Positions 41,597 through 58,682 of a DNA stretch of 64,000 bases are shown one piece after another (positions within the stretch are counted from its first letter, which is position 1; each line of letters begins with the position of its first letter). A program made the translations under genes and the position numbers. The notes under the pieces were generated by a model, which saw nothing but the letters and a program-made list of their open reading frames with translations, did not search any database and was not told the origin of the DNA. The stretch is from Lingula anatina (lineage: Eukaryota > Animalia > Brachiopoda): contig CM120641.1 in NCBI GenBank assembly GCA_051362555.1, forward strand, positions 20,522,001 to 20,586,000, given 5' to 3'.

Positions 41597-42106
41597 CTTT
41601 TTTTTTTTTTTTTTTTTTTTTTTGTTAACTGACAGAATTTTTGACAAAGAAGCCCAGTGTCACATTCTTTTCTTTTACAGTGGTTCTTTTCAGTTACTCC
41701 CTTTCGACCATTTACTCTTAACGCCATGTAAAGCTACTGTACACGTAGATACTGGTAGACTTGCCACATATTTTTTTTTAAAGTCGCTGCGCCAAGGAAA
41801 AGAAATTAACTTCCACTTTACTACATAAGGTACTGCAGGCCTGTAGCCAGTAATTTCAAAAAGGGGGGGGGGGTCTTTTTTTCTGAAATAGTGGACCTTT
41901 GTACCACTAATCGCGTAGAATTACTGTATAATTAACGTTAGTAGGCCTAATTAAAAGTCACGAGTCTACAGTTTTTATCAGCCGATTTATTATACGAGAT
42001 CTCGTAAGCTTCAACTGGCGACTGGAAAACAGGAAATAGGATCAACATTACTACGCGCGTTCTATTCTACTTCCCGTCAGCTGACACTCACAGGATTGTT
42101 GCAAAC

Positions 42107-45575
<3,469 letters not shown>

Positions 45576-47088
45576 CAAACAATACTTGGCAGTTAACAAA
45601 GTTCAGCTGAAACAGAGTGTAAGAAATATTTATGCGTAATATGTAGTTTATAAATAACGGACCAGTGCACGGGTTAAATACTACATACCATTTTCTATGT
45701 TATTCATTAGTGATGGTTCCCTAAATTCAAGATCTTTCGTGTGTCGATATTCTACACTGAGGACTTAAAATTCCCGTCTGATCTTCTATTAAGACCATGT
45801 TTACTAAGCAGTATAAGCTAGACATGCTCAAGGCGTTTTCCCACTGTAAAAAATGTGTTTTCAGAAGCATCTTTCTGCCAGGGATGCTCATTTTGAATTA
45901 GCAAACAATATGACATCCTGACATGGATTCATTAGATATAATTGTATATGTGTATTGCATTATAAACCTGTCAACGAGAAGGGATTATTAATATTGTTGT
46001 TATTATTAATATATAGATATGTTAATTGACTATGGAAACTGCCAATGACATTATACCGAGTTGTATTGGAAATGTTGTCTTTGGTAACAATCACATCATC
46101 TCTGGGTTTTGTGATTTGTAGTGACGTTCCTGCTTGACGTCTTTATTTGTTGAAAGTGCAATAATCGCGAATCACCGTTATGTCACAAGTGCAGTAATAT
46201 TTTCATTACAAGGGTGAGGGCAGCGTTAGCTTCGTATCAATATACGTTAGAAAGTTGAGAAACTGTCTTCTTTAAAGAAGCGGTGTTGTCAGCGGTGGAT
46301 ATTTGTTTGAAAAATATTCATGTAAAAGAAGCCGAAAAATTCTCACTAAGAATTTGTTAGCTTTTGTAGTTACAAAGAAGGAATTGTAAATAAAATAGAT
46401 AATTAAGAAAACGTGCATGTTATTCAGTCACTGAAACAGTACACGCACTGAGCCAGACAGAAAACGATAGCAGCCGGTCTGTTTTAAGATTATATTAACG
46501 CGTGGGTGTGACAAAGCGAGACGACTATAGTTAGCTACATCTGCTAAGATTAAAGAGTTATCGATTTGCATGAAACCTTCGTATGAGCGAGTTGAGACTG
46601 AGATGATCACCAATCGATACATGTCCTTTAGCTGTTAAATGCTAAGAAAATGAAGGTTATATTAAGATTATGTGATATTAAAATACCATGGAGGTAAATA
46701 TTGTTCCTTATCTGAGTGCTTAGAAATAGGGAGGGCAAGTATGCTTGCACCTTGTTCATGGAGTTGTATTATCTCATGCCATTAAATTCTTTTGGTGGCA
46801 CAAACTTACACCGTGTTATCTCCAGCTGTTCGTTTAACTGAAGGTGAATATTTTATGTGTGTTTGCGCGCTGGTGTTTGTATAAATGTTTATCTGGATTC
46901 CGTGCCAAAACGGTCGCGATAAACCCTAAGCAGGAACAAGTTGTAACTGTGTTTCGAAATATTGATTGGTTGACGAGGCGTTAGTTAACGGTGCTATTGA
47001 GCTCGTGTTAGTCTGTTTCCTGTTATTGTGGCGATGACATGAGGTATTTTTGTCTGATCAGGGTTTTATAACCAGGTTAGTGATGCGC

Positions 47089-47096
47089 TGACGTCA
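47089..47096. promoter_or_regulatory. perfect CRE palindrome (TGACGTCA) ~190 bp upstream of the F-box gene start
   Basis: Motif match in a promoter-proximal position only. Confidence 0.35.
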
Positions 47097-47286
47097 TTTT
47101 GCGTGGGCAAACTTATGAATGAACCGCAATACTCCAGCTGACATTTTACGCACGAGGCTTCTCATGAATGGCTGGCAACAGCTGGCGAAGAATGGGAAGT
47201 GAACAGAAAAAAGTAGAAATACACTGCAGAGATTTTATCTTTCTTTAGAATATTCAACAGAGTCGTGGAATGTATGACTGAGAAGA

Positions 47287-50196
47287 ATGACGCGCAAGCG
47301 ATCCACGTTAGGAGGGTCAGTTGACGTCGAAACAACCGTTGGACGTGACGTGAACGGAAACACAGCGGGAGTGCAGAGCTCGACATCAAACTCATGGTTG
47401 TCTCTTCCTGACGAACTGTGGGCAAGAATATTCATATATCTCAAGCCTGTTGAAGACCAGCTGCCACGCCTCGGGACAGTTTGTTCTAAATGGAGACGAG
47501 TTTTACAGAATACGCCCTTCCTGTGGCGTACAGTTCACATTGATCCCGTTGGGTTCGAGCCCTGGCAGTATGGCATGGTGTCTACCATTCTTACGGTATA
47601 TGGGAAACATATTCAGAAACTCACGTGGCGCGACAGCGCCCCAGTGTACGAAGCTATATTTGTCTTAATCACCAAGTTACCTGCCCTGAAGACGCTACGC
47701 CTACCCATTCTATGGACAGAAAGAGTTGTTAATAGCCTTTCACGGCTGTCTACTCTGGAGGCCATTCAAATTAACGGAGGCTACGTCTTAAAAGATTCAG
47801 ATTTAGAATTACTAGTGAAGTCGTATCGTCAGTTAAAAAGCGTCTCTCTAAATGCTTGTTGGGGTTTAACTGCACGCGGAGTGTTAAATTTTCTGCAGAA
47901 CCTATCAAGTCTTGAAGTCGTGAAATTGAAAGTGAATTCCAACCTGCAGCTGAACCACCATAGAAGTGAAAGTGCCATGATGGCGGGGTTAAGGACTGTC
48001 CAGGGTGTGTCGGACTCCAGATTGGCCGGACTGGTCACTGTCCTTTGTATTCACTTCGTGCCCATCGAGATGGAGGAGCTTTGGGGCGTTATCAATAATC
48101 TGACTAACCTGAAGAAGCTCAGTGTCAGTAATTGTGAGGTAAGTTTTCACTCGTTTTTTATATGTTGGACAACGAAAGACGCATTAGAGGGACGAGGGAA
48201 TGGCAACAGGGGATTTTCTCCCTTCTAAATAATTTGTCAAACAAACGAAAAAATGATTTGCATGGAAAACGGATGCTCCACCCTTTTGACATACTTGAAA
48301 CACGATCCAGTACCGGTGTGTTAGGTAAGACTGAAGAACGTAAAAAGAGCCTCTAGTTCAGGGTGCATTTACGTTCTTTCGCGGTAATATGTGGGTTTTC
48401 TGTGTAGTTAATCTTGGTTAAGATATATCATTGATTTTTCATTTACCTGATTTCATAGACCCGGTGTAACGAAACTAAAGGTCCGTGTAACGGAGAGTCC
48501 GCCCTCCATGTAGTTATTATGGTTAGGGTTAGCCTGACCTAGGTGGGTCAAAATCTAGGGCGAGGCTTATCTGTACAAATGAATAGGAAGCGGACTCTGT
48601 CATGGGGGACTCTCTGTCACGTTACACCGGCGTTATAAAAAAGAGGCTCATTGTAGCAGAGAGTCCGCCCTACAGTAGAATCATCACACAGGTTATGGTT
48701 AGCGTGGCGTAATGAAGTGGGTTGAAATCTAGTCTCACAGGGGACTCTCTCGCACATGACACCGTCACAACAAGTAACACTACCATTTAACCGCAAAAAC
48801 TGGCGTCAAGGAAAGGAAAATACCTTTGAGTCCTGGGTAGCATCCGTAGCGTGAGCTTTTATCATTCTTCAAATATGCATGTTTGAAAGGTACTGACTGT
48901 TTGGTTTCATCGTGTTTTAGTGAAGTAAAATTGCAACTTAAAAACAATGCAATATATTACAGAATTGGGCCTGTGGAAAGACGTTTTGACAGACGTCTAA
49001 ACTGACTGACCAATCGCCCACCTGACCGGCCAATGGTCCAAAAACTATCATACTTAAACACCAATAAGCACAATATTAACAATGTCCTTAGTTCATTTTT
49101 TTTTTTTTCATTTCAGAGACTTCATGGTATCCGCCTTGTCTCCAACTCCCTACAGAAACTCTACCTCTACAACTTATGGAACGTGTCATTTGTCAGCGTC
49201 ACTGGTTTCAACCTACGTTCTGCCGTCTTAGACTACGGTATGGAGTCACTTGAACACTTAGAGATACTAGCGCCAACGCTACGTCGTCTTCAAGTAGACG
49301 GCAGCGGATCTTTACGCACACTTAACGTCAAGAGCGACAGATTAGCAGTCGCAGAGCTCAGCCACTGTGATAAACTCGAAGCTGATTCTCTACGGACTAT
49401 GTTGGGAAACAATGAGACTTTGGTGTGCCTGAGGCTAGGTAAAATCTCGGGGTCGTCTTTACACTTAGACGAAGTATCCTGCCCATACCTACAAGAGATC
49501 TGTTTACTCAGTGATTTTTCATGCAGCACGCTGCATATACGAGGACCATCTTTACGTTTGCTGCATGCTGATACTGAAAACGATCTCGGCTATCTGCAGC
49601 ACTTATACGTGGTGGCGAATCACCTGTGTAAAGTCTCTCTCCACGACGTACCAGCATTGCGAACCTTTACTATACAGTGTGTCAGTGTTGACTGTATAGA
49701 CGTCAATATTTGCAGTGACGTGCAGCTGTGTCTGAACTCCTGCATTATTCAGGCTTGCGGCTCTATAGGTCTTCTGCGTCTTTTCGACTGTGCGTTAGAT
49801 CTATTGGCAGTGTGCACGCCCGTTGCCAGCACGATTGTGCTCTACCGCTGCCAGCTTACTGACTACGTCCTACAGATGGCGCTACAGGGTTGTAGCAATA
49901 TATCATACTTGAATTTAGAGAAATGTCTAGCTCTAAGAAAACTTTCCATTGAGTCGCCTTCCATGAAATACGTCAATCTTTACGAGTGCCATGATGTCCA
50001 ACAACTTAACATGAAATGCCCCCAACTGTGTGCCTTAAATTTGGGACATTGTAACAGAGAGATACGCGTTATACTGAATGAAAAGGAACTGGACTTCATC
50101 AGGTTGAATCCGCTCACCGCCCTCCCCAGGATCGTTCCCCCTCTCCAGAGCATCCGGTGGACACACGATATACCTCCTCATGACTGCCAACTGTAA
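47287..50196 (+). CDS. F-box / leucine-rich-repeat protein, ~643 aa
   Basis: Two exons, 47287-48138 (GAG|gtaagt) and 49117-50196 (tttcag|AGA), phase 0. F-box SLPDELWARIFIYL...LGTVCSKWRRV...LWR followed by many LxxLxLxxC repeats. Confidence 0.9.
48461..48630. mobile_element. 170-bp MITE in the F-box gene intron, followed by a degenerate second copy (~48650-48765)
   Basis: TIRs ccggtgtaacg / cgttacaccgg, sub-terminal gagagtcc / ggactctc inverted motifs and an internal ggttagggttag tract. Confidence 0.7.
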
Positions 50197-51301
50197 TGAT
50201 CTGACAGAACCTAGTTACGTGTCAACACTGTCAAACTTTTAGACATCCTAAAACCTGACAGAACCTACCCCAGATATCCCATTAATGTGGTCCATTTGTA
50301 TCGTATTCACACATCTCTTTCAAGTAAAAGCAGATCATCAGTACAGCAAAATTATTATCCGCGTATAAGGGTAATATTGCATGAAATATGAAATTTGAGC
50401 CTGTTTGAAATCATCCAGTGATCATGCATTTTCCTCGTAAGGTAAATATCTGGGTATCTGCGTTATACGGTTGCGGCACAGTGTCAGAATGGCATGGTTC
50501 AAGTCATTTCTCACCTCCACCGGCAATCACTAAAATTGTACATTAAATAGTGTATTAAAGCTAATAATACGCATTAGGCTTCTAAATAGCATTATGTATG
50601 TAATAAATCTCCAGCCATGGAAAATATTTCCTATGAGTGGGTGTTGTTGTATACGGTGAAAGATCTTCAATTATATTGTGTACTGTTCATGTAAGCACGC
50701 AGCCCATGTGCCGCAGTTCGTTATAATGGAGTATTAATAAACTGCATACACCATCAAGTTACATAAATGAATTTTGTCTAGTTTCCCTTTTCTACCACAT
50801 ACATTTATTATGTAGCTGCACACAATAATCTAGAACGTGTGTCATTTGTCCTCCTTTTTTCTATTCAGATGGCGTCTGCCAGATAAAACTATCGCTTAGC
50901 TTTATCATGTGACATTTAAATGTTTATCCATTTTTCAAGAGCACTAAATTTACAAAACTAACGGGTACTGATTCTATAAAACATCCGCACGCGGCAAAAC
51001 GTGGTATTAATTGTTGCCATCTCTTCTTTTGCTCAAATTAAAAGATAACGTGATCTAACATTTATTGTAAGCAAATGTTTTGTTTTTCTTTTTAACTATG
51101 CTGTTTGTAGCGGCCGACAATTCCAGAAAAACAAAATAATTATGTGCCAGAGAAATGCCTAGAAATGTATAAAGTGAAATCAATCTGACCTTATTGTAAT
51201 ATTGACAGCGAAAATATCGAAGGTACACGAACGGAAGGGGTGTTACATATCTAGAACATATAGAATGGAGACCATTACCCTTTGTTGAGAGTATCTGAGG
51301 A

Positions 51302-51541
51302 CTCATTCCCAATAAACTACCGATCTACGTAGATCGATCCAACTCCAAGGGGACTCTAGCTGAATGCAATCAGATTAACACGCCTCTTCTTGTTTCCAAC
51401 GTACTTATATAATCAAGAGCTTTCCTATATTCCACTCAACTCCAGGAGGAGGCATGTTAACTGTTAATCTGATTGCATTCAGCGTGTGTCCCCGCAGAGC
51501 TGGATTGATCTAAGTAGAACGATAGTTTCATTGGGAATGAG
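51302..51541. mobile_element. 240-bp MITE with ~80-bp imperfect terminal inverted repeats
   Basis: ctcattcccaat...gctgaatgcaatcagattaaca (51302-51380) pairs with tgttaatctgattgcattcagc...attgggaatgag (51462-51541); a related copy lies at 15893. Confidence 0.85.
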
Positions 51542-51634
51542 CCCGAGGCGTTCTTTTTCAGCAGATGTCCGTAGAGTTTCCAGAACACACAGTTCGTCAC
51601 AAAAGAAACAGAGATAATTATGAAAAAAAAACAC

Positions 51635-51635
<1 letters not shown>

Positions 51636-51681
<46 letters not shown>
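51636..51681. repeat. poly(A) tract of ~46 nt
   Basis: Directly visible. Confidence 0.9.
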
Positions 51682-51682
<1 letters not shown>

Positions 51683-52267
51683 GATAGAAATCGGAGATTA
51701 ACAAGAATGTAAACCCTGCAGCCAAGCAGTCTACTACAATTTGCACACAGGTAAAATTGCCAAGCTGTAATCCATTATATAACATCTATAAAATCTAAAT
51801 TGTAATTGTACAATAAGCAACGCGATAATTCAGATGAAGAGTCTTCTTCACTGTAAGTTAAGACCACTAGTTGGTCACGTTGAGGGCCTCCATTTTGGTC
51901 GTTTCACAGCTGAAGGACCTCCGAGCCTGCGCTGTGTCATTTCGCAGTTAGGTACGCCACACGGTTTTGTTCAAAGCTGACATAATTTAGATACTTTTTG
52001 AAATTAAAAAGGACCAAACCTTAGTCTACATATACATTCATACATGTACGCTGTGGACTATATTATAAGGAGCAGACGTCCGTATCTTAACTGAAAATTA
52101 TTCAATTTGTCCTAAAATAGGACGATAGTCTAGATCTGCGTATTGTGTATTTTCTACCAGCTGTTGTGGCTCCATAAAGCCCATAAACACGTCTTCAGAA
52201 ATAAATTGCAACACTTCAGATTAAAATTCACAAAATGACAGCAGTTTTTGTACACACGCGGCATGTG

Positions 52268-52280
52268 TATATATATAAGT
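52268..52280 (+). promoter_or_regulatory. TATA box of the CUB-serine protease gene
   Basis: tatatatataag lies ~55-65 nt upstream of the ATG at 52334. Confidence 0.6.
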
Positions 52281-52333
52281 CCAACCCTATTCTTTGGTGC
52301 AGATAGCGGTATTTCCTGCTTCAACCAGGAATC

Positions 52334-54187
52334 ATGCTGACGTTGACAGTTCTTATGCTTTTGGCTGTGACTGCCACTCCGGGTAAGTTTTGATATTTTT
52401 TAAAATATGGCAACAAATTATCTGCTGATAACCTGAATGTTAATACAAGAACACATTTTGAAAAACCTTACATAGTACTTTGATTTACTGAAAATATAAA
52501 ATGCAAGGAAAAATGCCAAAATTCATAAAGCTGTCGTTTTGATTCTAGGATAAAAGAATATGTTTCTGCCACAAAATGTATCACAATTAGTTTTCAGTTT
52601 CAAAGATGACTCAATTTGGCACATTTTTTATTTAGTTTATCATATAATTGTCCGCACTGCTCTTCTTTTCTGGTTCATAGAACCTCCATTGAATTGATTT
52701 AAATGATTATGTGCATGGTGCTTTTCTTCTGAAGGTGACGCCTGTGGAGGTACAATGACGGCGACCTCGGAAGGACAGGAATTCAACTCGACTAACTATC
52801 CCTACGACTATTCCAACAACGAGAATTGTGAGTGGATTTTCAATGCCGGGCCCGATGGGTGGCTGTATTTGGGGTTTGCCACTTTTGACATAGAGGATCA
52901 TTCCTCGTGTAATTATGACTATGTCAAGGTCTTTGACGGCGATACCGAATTGGGGAAGTAAGTCTTTTATATTACTTTTTTCTTATTGCGTCATTAAACC
53001 GACCATTCAGGACATTAAACTAAGCCCAAAAAAGATACGAAATTGGCTCCTTATAATTTTATTGCATTATTTAGAGACAAACAAGTCAGCTCCGTAACAT
53101 GAAATTGTTTAGAACGATTGTTTAGAATGTTTCTTAAGAAAAAATGAGGCAATTTTATGAATGGAATATTAGACCTCTTATCTTATACTGGCTTTTATAT
53201 TAATATCCCACAGCTCTTCTTTATATCAGTGAAAAACATCGAATCTTAGGTGTTAAACGCAAATATGCGCACTAGGCATGCACACAAACATACTTACAAA
53301 GTTTTAAGATGCCCAGACAAAATGTTGCAGGTCTACATTATAGTTGATAACATTTCGCCATCAGATTCTGCGGAAATACCAGACCAGCGGACTTCATCAG
53401 GAACACTGCTTCGTTGAGGGTGGAGTTTAGAACGGACAGCTCTATTGCAAAAGGTGGTTTCCGAGCAGGATTCGTCATGGGGCCAGCGCCAACAACAACG
53501 CCAGCGCCAGCAACAACGACAACAACCCCCAGTCCAAATGGCTGTGGCGGGACACTGACTGCGACGGCGACAGTTGGAATATTCCAGTCTCCAGATTACC
53601 CTTCAAATTACCCTCACAGTCAGAACTGTGAATGGACCATCAGCACTGAGCTGGATGACCCAATCACTTTGACTTTTGATGTTTTCTCTCTGGAATCCCA
53701 TTCTTCGTGCAATTATGATGCTGTCGAAATATTTGAAGTTTCTGGTGGACAAGAGACTTCAAAGGGAAAGTAGGTTCACTTGGCGTATGCTTTTCTTTCT
53801 AATTCTTAAAAATAAAAAAAATCTGAAAAAGTAATTTAACTATGCTGCCTTTATAAATTGTTAACGTAGTTCTTGTCATAAAGGCTTTTTGTCTCATTTC
53901 AGATATTGCGGAACCAATCGCCCAGATGAAATCATTCTCTATGATGGAAGTTTCAAAGTTGTTTTCACGTCAGACAGCTCTGTGTCCAATACAGGATTCA
54001 GTGCAAGTTTCGTCAGCAGGCCTATTACTTGTGAATCGCGTGGTGGCTCGTGCGTGGCGTCACTGGCAGACTGCGAAAGCGGAAGAGTAAATGATCTAGC
54101 TTCTTGCCCACAGTCAGCTGATGTCTGTTGTCTACCATCGATATGTGAGTAGCTGGTGTGTGTATGCGCGCGCGCGTTTGTTTGTGA

Positions 54188-54245
<58 letters not shown>

Positions 54246-55313
54246 CCAATAAACATATTTACTGAAAGATTTAATTGCCAAATTATGAAGTTGAACCAAA
54301 CTTCTCTAGGAAAAGGTGTCAAGTGCATTTGCAAATTTGCAGACAATATTTATTTTCAAAATAAGTGATTTCCCTTGATATGATTTTACATGTTTTCGTT
54401 GATCACTGTCATCTAATTGCTATATATAGCCCCATCTAACTGTGGCCGGTTACCAGCGTCAACACGTATTGTTGGAGGGGATGATTCTGAGGAACATGCG
54501 TGGCCCTGGCAAGTCTCTCTTCAGACAACCTCGAGCAGTTTCCATTTCTGTGGTGGATCTTTGATTAATGCCCAGTGGGTTATAACAGCCGCACATTGCG
54601 TCGAAGGTGAACAGTACGTACAACTTTTACATCCTTTATATTATGAAAATTGTTTCACTGAAAATCTCTCTCTCTCTCTCTCTCTCTGATGACCCTAGCG
54701 GGATAAATTCTTCCCTTTCCATTTCTTCCAGAACCTCAGCTTTTAAGGTTGTTTTGGGTGAACATCACAGAGAACAGACTAGTGGTAATGAAGTGGAAAG
54801 GGGCGTGGCAAGGTTTATCATGGTAAGTGAAATACACGTCTATCGTCCGTAATGCAAACGTGCAAATACATGTATAAAATATACTTCACATCTAGACTAT
54901 GCGGGTTCTTGTTTTGTGAAATAACTGTAACATTTCTACTAAAAAAATTCATTAGCATTTCAGTGTTATTAGTCTAAGGAGTTTCAAAGTGAGATTTTTG
55001 ATCCATCCAGTTTCATACAATAGATAAAACGTAATTGAAATTGATTCCCACACTGGCTCTTACGTTGTCAAACGGAGGTCACATTGCTTCGACTTTTAAA
55101 CAATACGTTTCAAAGCTTGAGAATCAATTTAGTCCCATCTTTATCCTGAGTGGATGTATTTAAATGCCCCAACTTGGAACGTAACGTTCTCAAAATGTAA
55201 CAGCTTAAGTTTGCTGTAATTAATTTTGATATTTTGGAGCATTGGCTACGCAGCTATTAATGCAGTCAGCCCAAAGAATTCAGCGTTGGAGTTAAACTTC
55301 TATACAAATTGGT

Positions 55314-55352
<39 letters not shown>

Positions 55353-55577
55353 GTACTGATTTGTCATTTTGCGCTCAGCATCCCCAGTACGATGGAAGCG
55401 GTGCTGGGTTTCCCAATGATATCGCTCTGGTGAAACTCGCCAGTCCCGTGAGTCTGGACGGACCCCATATGAGGGCGGCGTGTCTGCCGGAACCCGGCGA
55501 GGAATATTCTGCAAGTGACGAGTGCTGGATAACTGGATGGGGAGATACCAAGGGTATGTACCCCCCCCCCCCCCCCT

Positions 55578-55620
<43 letters not shown>

Positions 55621-56136
55621 TCTTTTCAACCACTTTCAGCCATTAAGAACTTAAATAAGTTATTAAACTGTCACGTCCAAAGTCTCCAACTTTGAGTAAA
55701 TAATTACTCCCCCTCATCGGTGAGCCTAGTATATTTGAATTTCAAAACTGAAAAAATGATTTAGTAATGCCTCATTTATTGTTACGTATATATTCTACGT
55801 CACTTAAATTAATTCTGAAAATAAAACTGTTGAAATGATATTATAAAAGGCCAAGGCTTTATTTTCTAGGCACTGGCAATGAGCAAATACTCCAGGAACT
55901 CAGAGTTGACATAAGAGACAGAGAAACCTGTCGCAGCAACTGGGGTTCAGGCTATATCCGTGACACTCACGTCTGTATTAATGATGGGACAACCGGTGCT
56001 TGTAACGTAAGCGTTTTACTTAATCCCAGAATCTGTTGCACACTGTTACATTTTTTATATTAAACTAGCAATCTCACTCTCACCCTTCAGTGAGTTCCTT
56101 ATTTCATTTGGCTTTTCCTTAGGAAACCACAGGCAT

Positions 56137-56228
<92 letters not shown>

Positions 56229-56488
56229 CGCGCGCGCCAGCTGATGCATATTTGGAGCAAGCGTGTGTGTACATTCATCCTTTATCTTCCTGTCGAATGC
56301 CTCAATTACAGGGGGACAGCGGCGGTCCTTTGGTGTGTTTGGCTAGAAGTGGGTCTGGCCTATGGAATTTGGTGGGAGCAACATCTTGGGGTCGCACTGG
56401 TTGCCAAACGGCGGGGTATCCTAGCGTTTATACCCGCGTGTCTGAATTCCGCGACTGGATCGAGGAGCAGATTTTGGCAGACAATTAA
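52334..56488 (+). CDS. secreted modular S1A serine protease: signal peptide - CUB - Thr/Pro linker - CUB - six-Cys defensin-like module - trypsin-fold domain
   Basis: 9 phase-consistent exons: 52334-52382, 52735-52957, 53365-53769, 53903-54144, 54430-54613, 54732-54822, 55379-55553, 55870-56006, 56312-56488. Signal [16 protein letters not shown]; CUB motifs CGG...S.NYP..Y....CEW...C.YD; activation site R|IVGG; triad TAAHC, NDIAL, GACNGDSGGP; AATAAA at ~56618. Confidence 0.95.
56139..56235. repeat. compound (CT)n(GT)n(GC)n microsatellite in the protease last intron
   Basis: Directly visible; source of the ERER/SLSL pseudo-ORFs. Confidence 0.95.
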
Positions 56489-57873
56489 GAAATTGCGTAA
56501 AACGCTACGCAAAGTTTGCATCAGCCTGATTAAATTTTTAAGTTGAATTGTTGATTTTGCAGTAGACTGTCAATACCAATATTGGTTTGTACTGTGATTT
56601 GTGCTTTTGCCTGTCAAAATAAAACTCGTTGCTAATCATCTTGATGTTATCATGAAAATAAGTGTATCACAGAACGAAGTAGAGGATACATAAACTAATA
56701 ACAAATATTTAATTTTGAAGATACGTCCTTTTCTTTTAATTTAACTGCTTATCAGTGCAATTCGTGGACACCTAACTCTCTTGGAAGAGCATGTGAAGGT
56801 TTAAGAAGCAGCCAAAGAAATGAAAGGTGCAAAACATTCCTCAGTTCTTTTAACACAAGAGCCTACATGTTTTTTGTTCATCTTTTAATAATTAACTTTT
56901 AGTCACCCAGCAAAAGAATTGATGAAACTAAAGCACCAACTTTAAACTTTCGGTAATTTATTCTTGTTCTTTTTTATACAGATACATAGATATAGATGTT
57001 GACAGTGCGATGGCATTTGACTGAACAAATGCACACATGTCAAACGTAGTGTATTAACTTCCGATACATGTCACTTACAACAAACTATCAGTAGTTTAGT
57101 TTATTTACACAAGTAACTTTACAAGCGTTTCTGTAATACAAAATCTAATTCATCCTAGTGCAAAAAGTTGAAAGTTATTTACACAAATACGAGTAAACTG
57201 CCCCCCCCCCCCAAAAAAAAATAGAAAAAGGAAAATCAAACTGAAATATATTTGCTTCTATAAGGTGTAAACTACAAATAAAAAAAGAAATCCCTGTATA
57301 AAAATATGATTCACATTTTGCATACAAATCACTTTATGGTCCCTTTTAATTTACGTATAAATGTATATTTCTCTTTAAGGACGCTATCATAATGTGTGCA
57401 TAGTGATTATACATAACTGTTTTAATATAAACAAACTTCAATATATTTCATGTTTATAGAATTAGCAAACAGTAAATAACAAGAGCAATGTTACATGCAC
57501 TAATTATTCTTCATCAGTAGAGATGGTATCTCCGTTTAAAATGTGTGCTGATAATATTGGACCCGTTCACAATAAATTTTGTCGACTTACATGTAAGTAA
57601 TGCGCACTTGTCCACGGAGACCATCGCTGAATGCTATTAACATGGGTCTTCTCGTTACCAACTGTACCATAGTTTGGTATAGGGCCATTACTAACTACTC
57701 CTGCAATCCTATATTGTAAAATACTATAGTATCTCCGAAAGCGCATAACAAATGAGCACGTGTACTATATATACATATATCAAAATATGAAAACTGTTGT
57801 GGCTCTTTGCACAAGCTACTTCTCGTCTAGTCAAGCATTAGCCTATGTTTGAAGCTATCAATGTATTAGCATT

Positions 57874-58102
57874 ACTAGAAAAGCACTCCGAGAGCGCAGA
57901 CCTCCGCCAAGGCAGCGATTTTTTATTATTATTGAATATTGATTGATTATTGATCCGGTTCACCATCAAAAACTAATCATCTCTTCCTTGGCTCACTTCT
58001 GACAGTTCCTGAAAATTTCATCAAAATCGGTCCTTAACTTTTTGAGTTATGTTGATGACAGACAGACAGGGGTGAAAACATAACCTCCTTGGCGGAGGTA
58101 AT
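57874..58102 (+). mobile_element. Helentron-associated non-autonomous element (HINE/DINE-1-like)
   Basis: Starts actagaa..., sub-terminal inverted repeats cctccgccaagg (57901-57912) and ccttggcggagg (58087-58098), internal (GACA)n microsatellite, gaaaatttcatcaaaatcggtcc core, 3' end ...ggtgaaaacataacctccttggcggaggtaat. Confidence 0.7.
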
Positions 58103-58682
58103 AAAGACATGTTCTTATAGTACATTAATTTCTCTAAAATTCAGTCGGATCTGTACAATAAGACTTGTGTGTTGTAAAAGCTATGCTTCTTCTCAAAAAG
58201 TGGATAACTAGGGAATGTATATACATTTTTGCCAAAAAGCTGTGTTGTAAAAATTGCTCTTCTTTGCAGAAGTTGCCTCCATTTCAATCATAGATCAGTG
58301 TGCATTTGAAGCTTTCAGCCTATAAACATTATTAATCTTTTTCTAGAACACTGATTTCTACAAAATTAAGTGACATATGTACAGTACGTTTGTTTTTCAA
58401 ATGGTCTGAATATGATTTGGCAATCTCAGTAGAAATTTTGAAAAATGAAGGTGTCAGTATTTACTCGTTTTGTGTATAGTAGTGGCTTATATTCTTTTCT
58501 TTTATGTTAATCTGAACTATATAGTTGTAAACCTAATGCTCTATAGGATCATTTTCCAAGAGTGTTCAAAAACCCCTCATTCTTAACCGCTTTATCTATT
58601 GGAACGAGAAATTCGTGAAAATGGGTGAAAATGCTTCAGTTTATTATTTCATAAGAACAATGTCTCTCCCAGCTCTCGGACC

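Noticed and set aside
48520-48532. Interstitial telomere (ggttagggttag)
   Set aside because: Only two units and located inside a TIR-bounded MITE.
54601-54613. Apparent frameshift in the protease if the donor GAAG|gtgaac at 54607 is used
   Set aside because: The donor at 54614 (CA|gtacgt) restores phase with the next exon, giving [18 protein letters not shown].
56055-56249. ERER/SLSL low-complexity ORFs
   Set aside because: Translations of an intronic (CT)n microsatellite.
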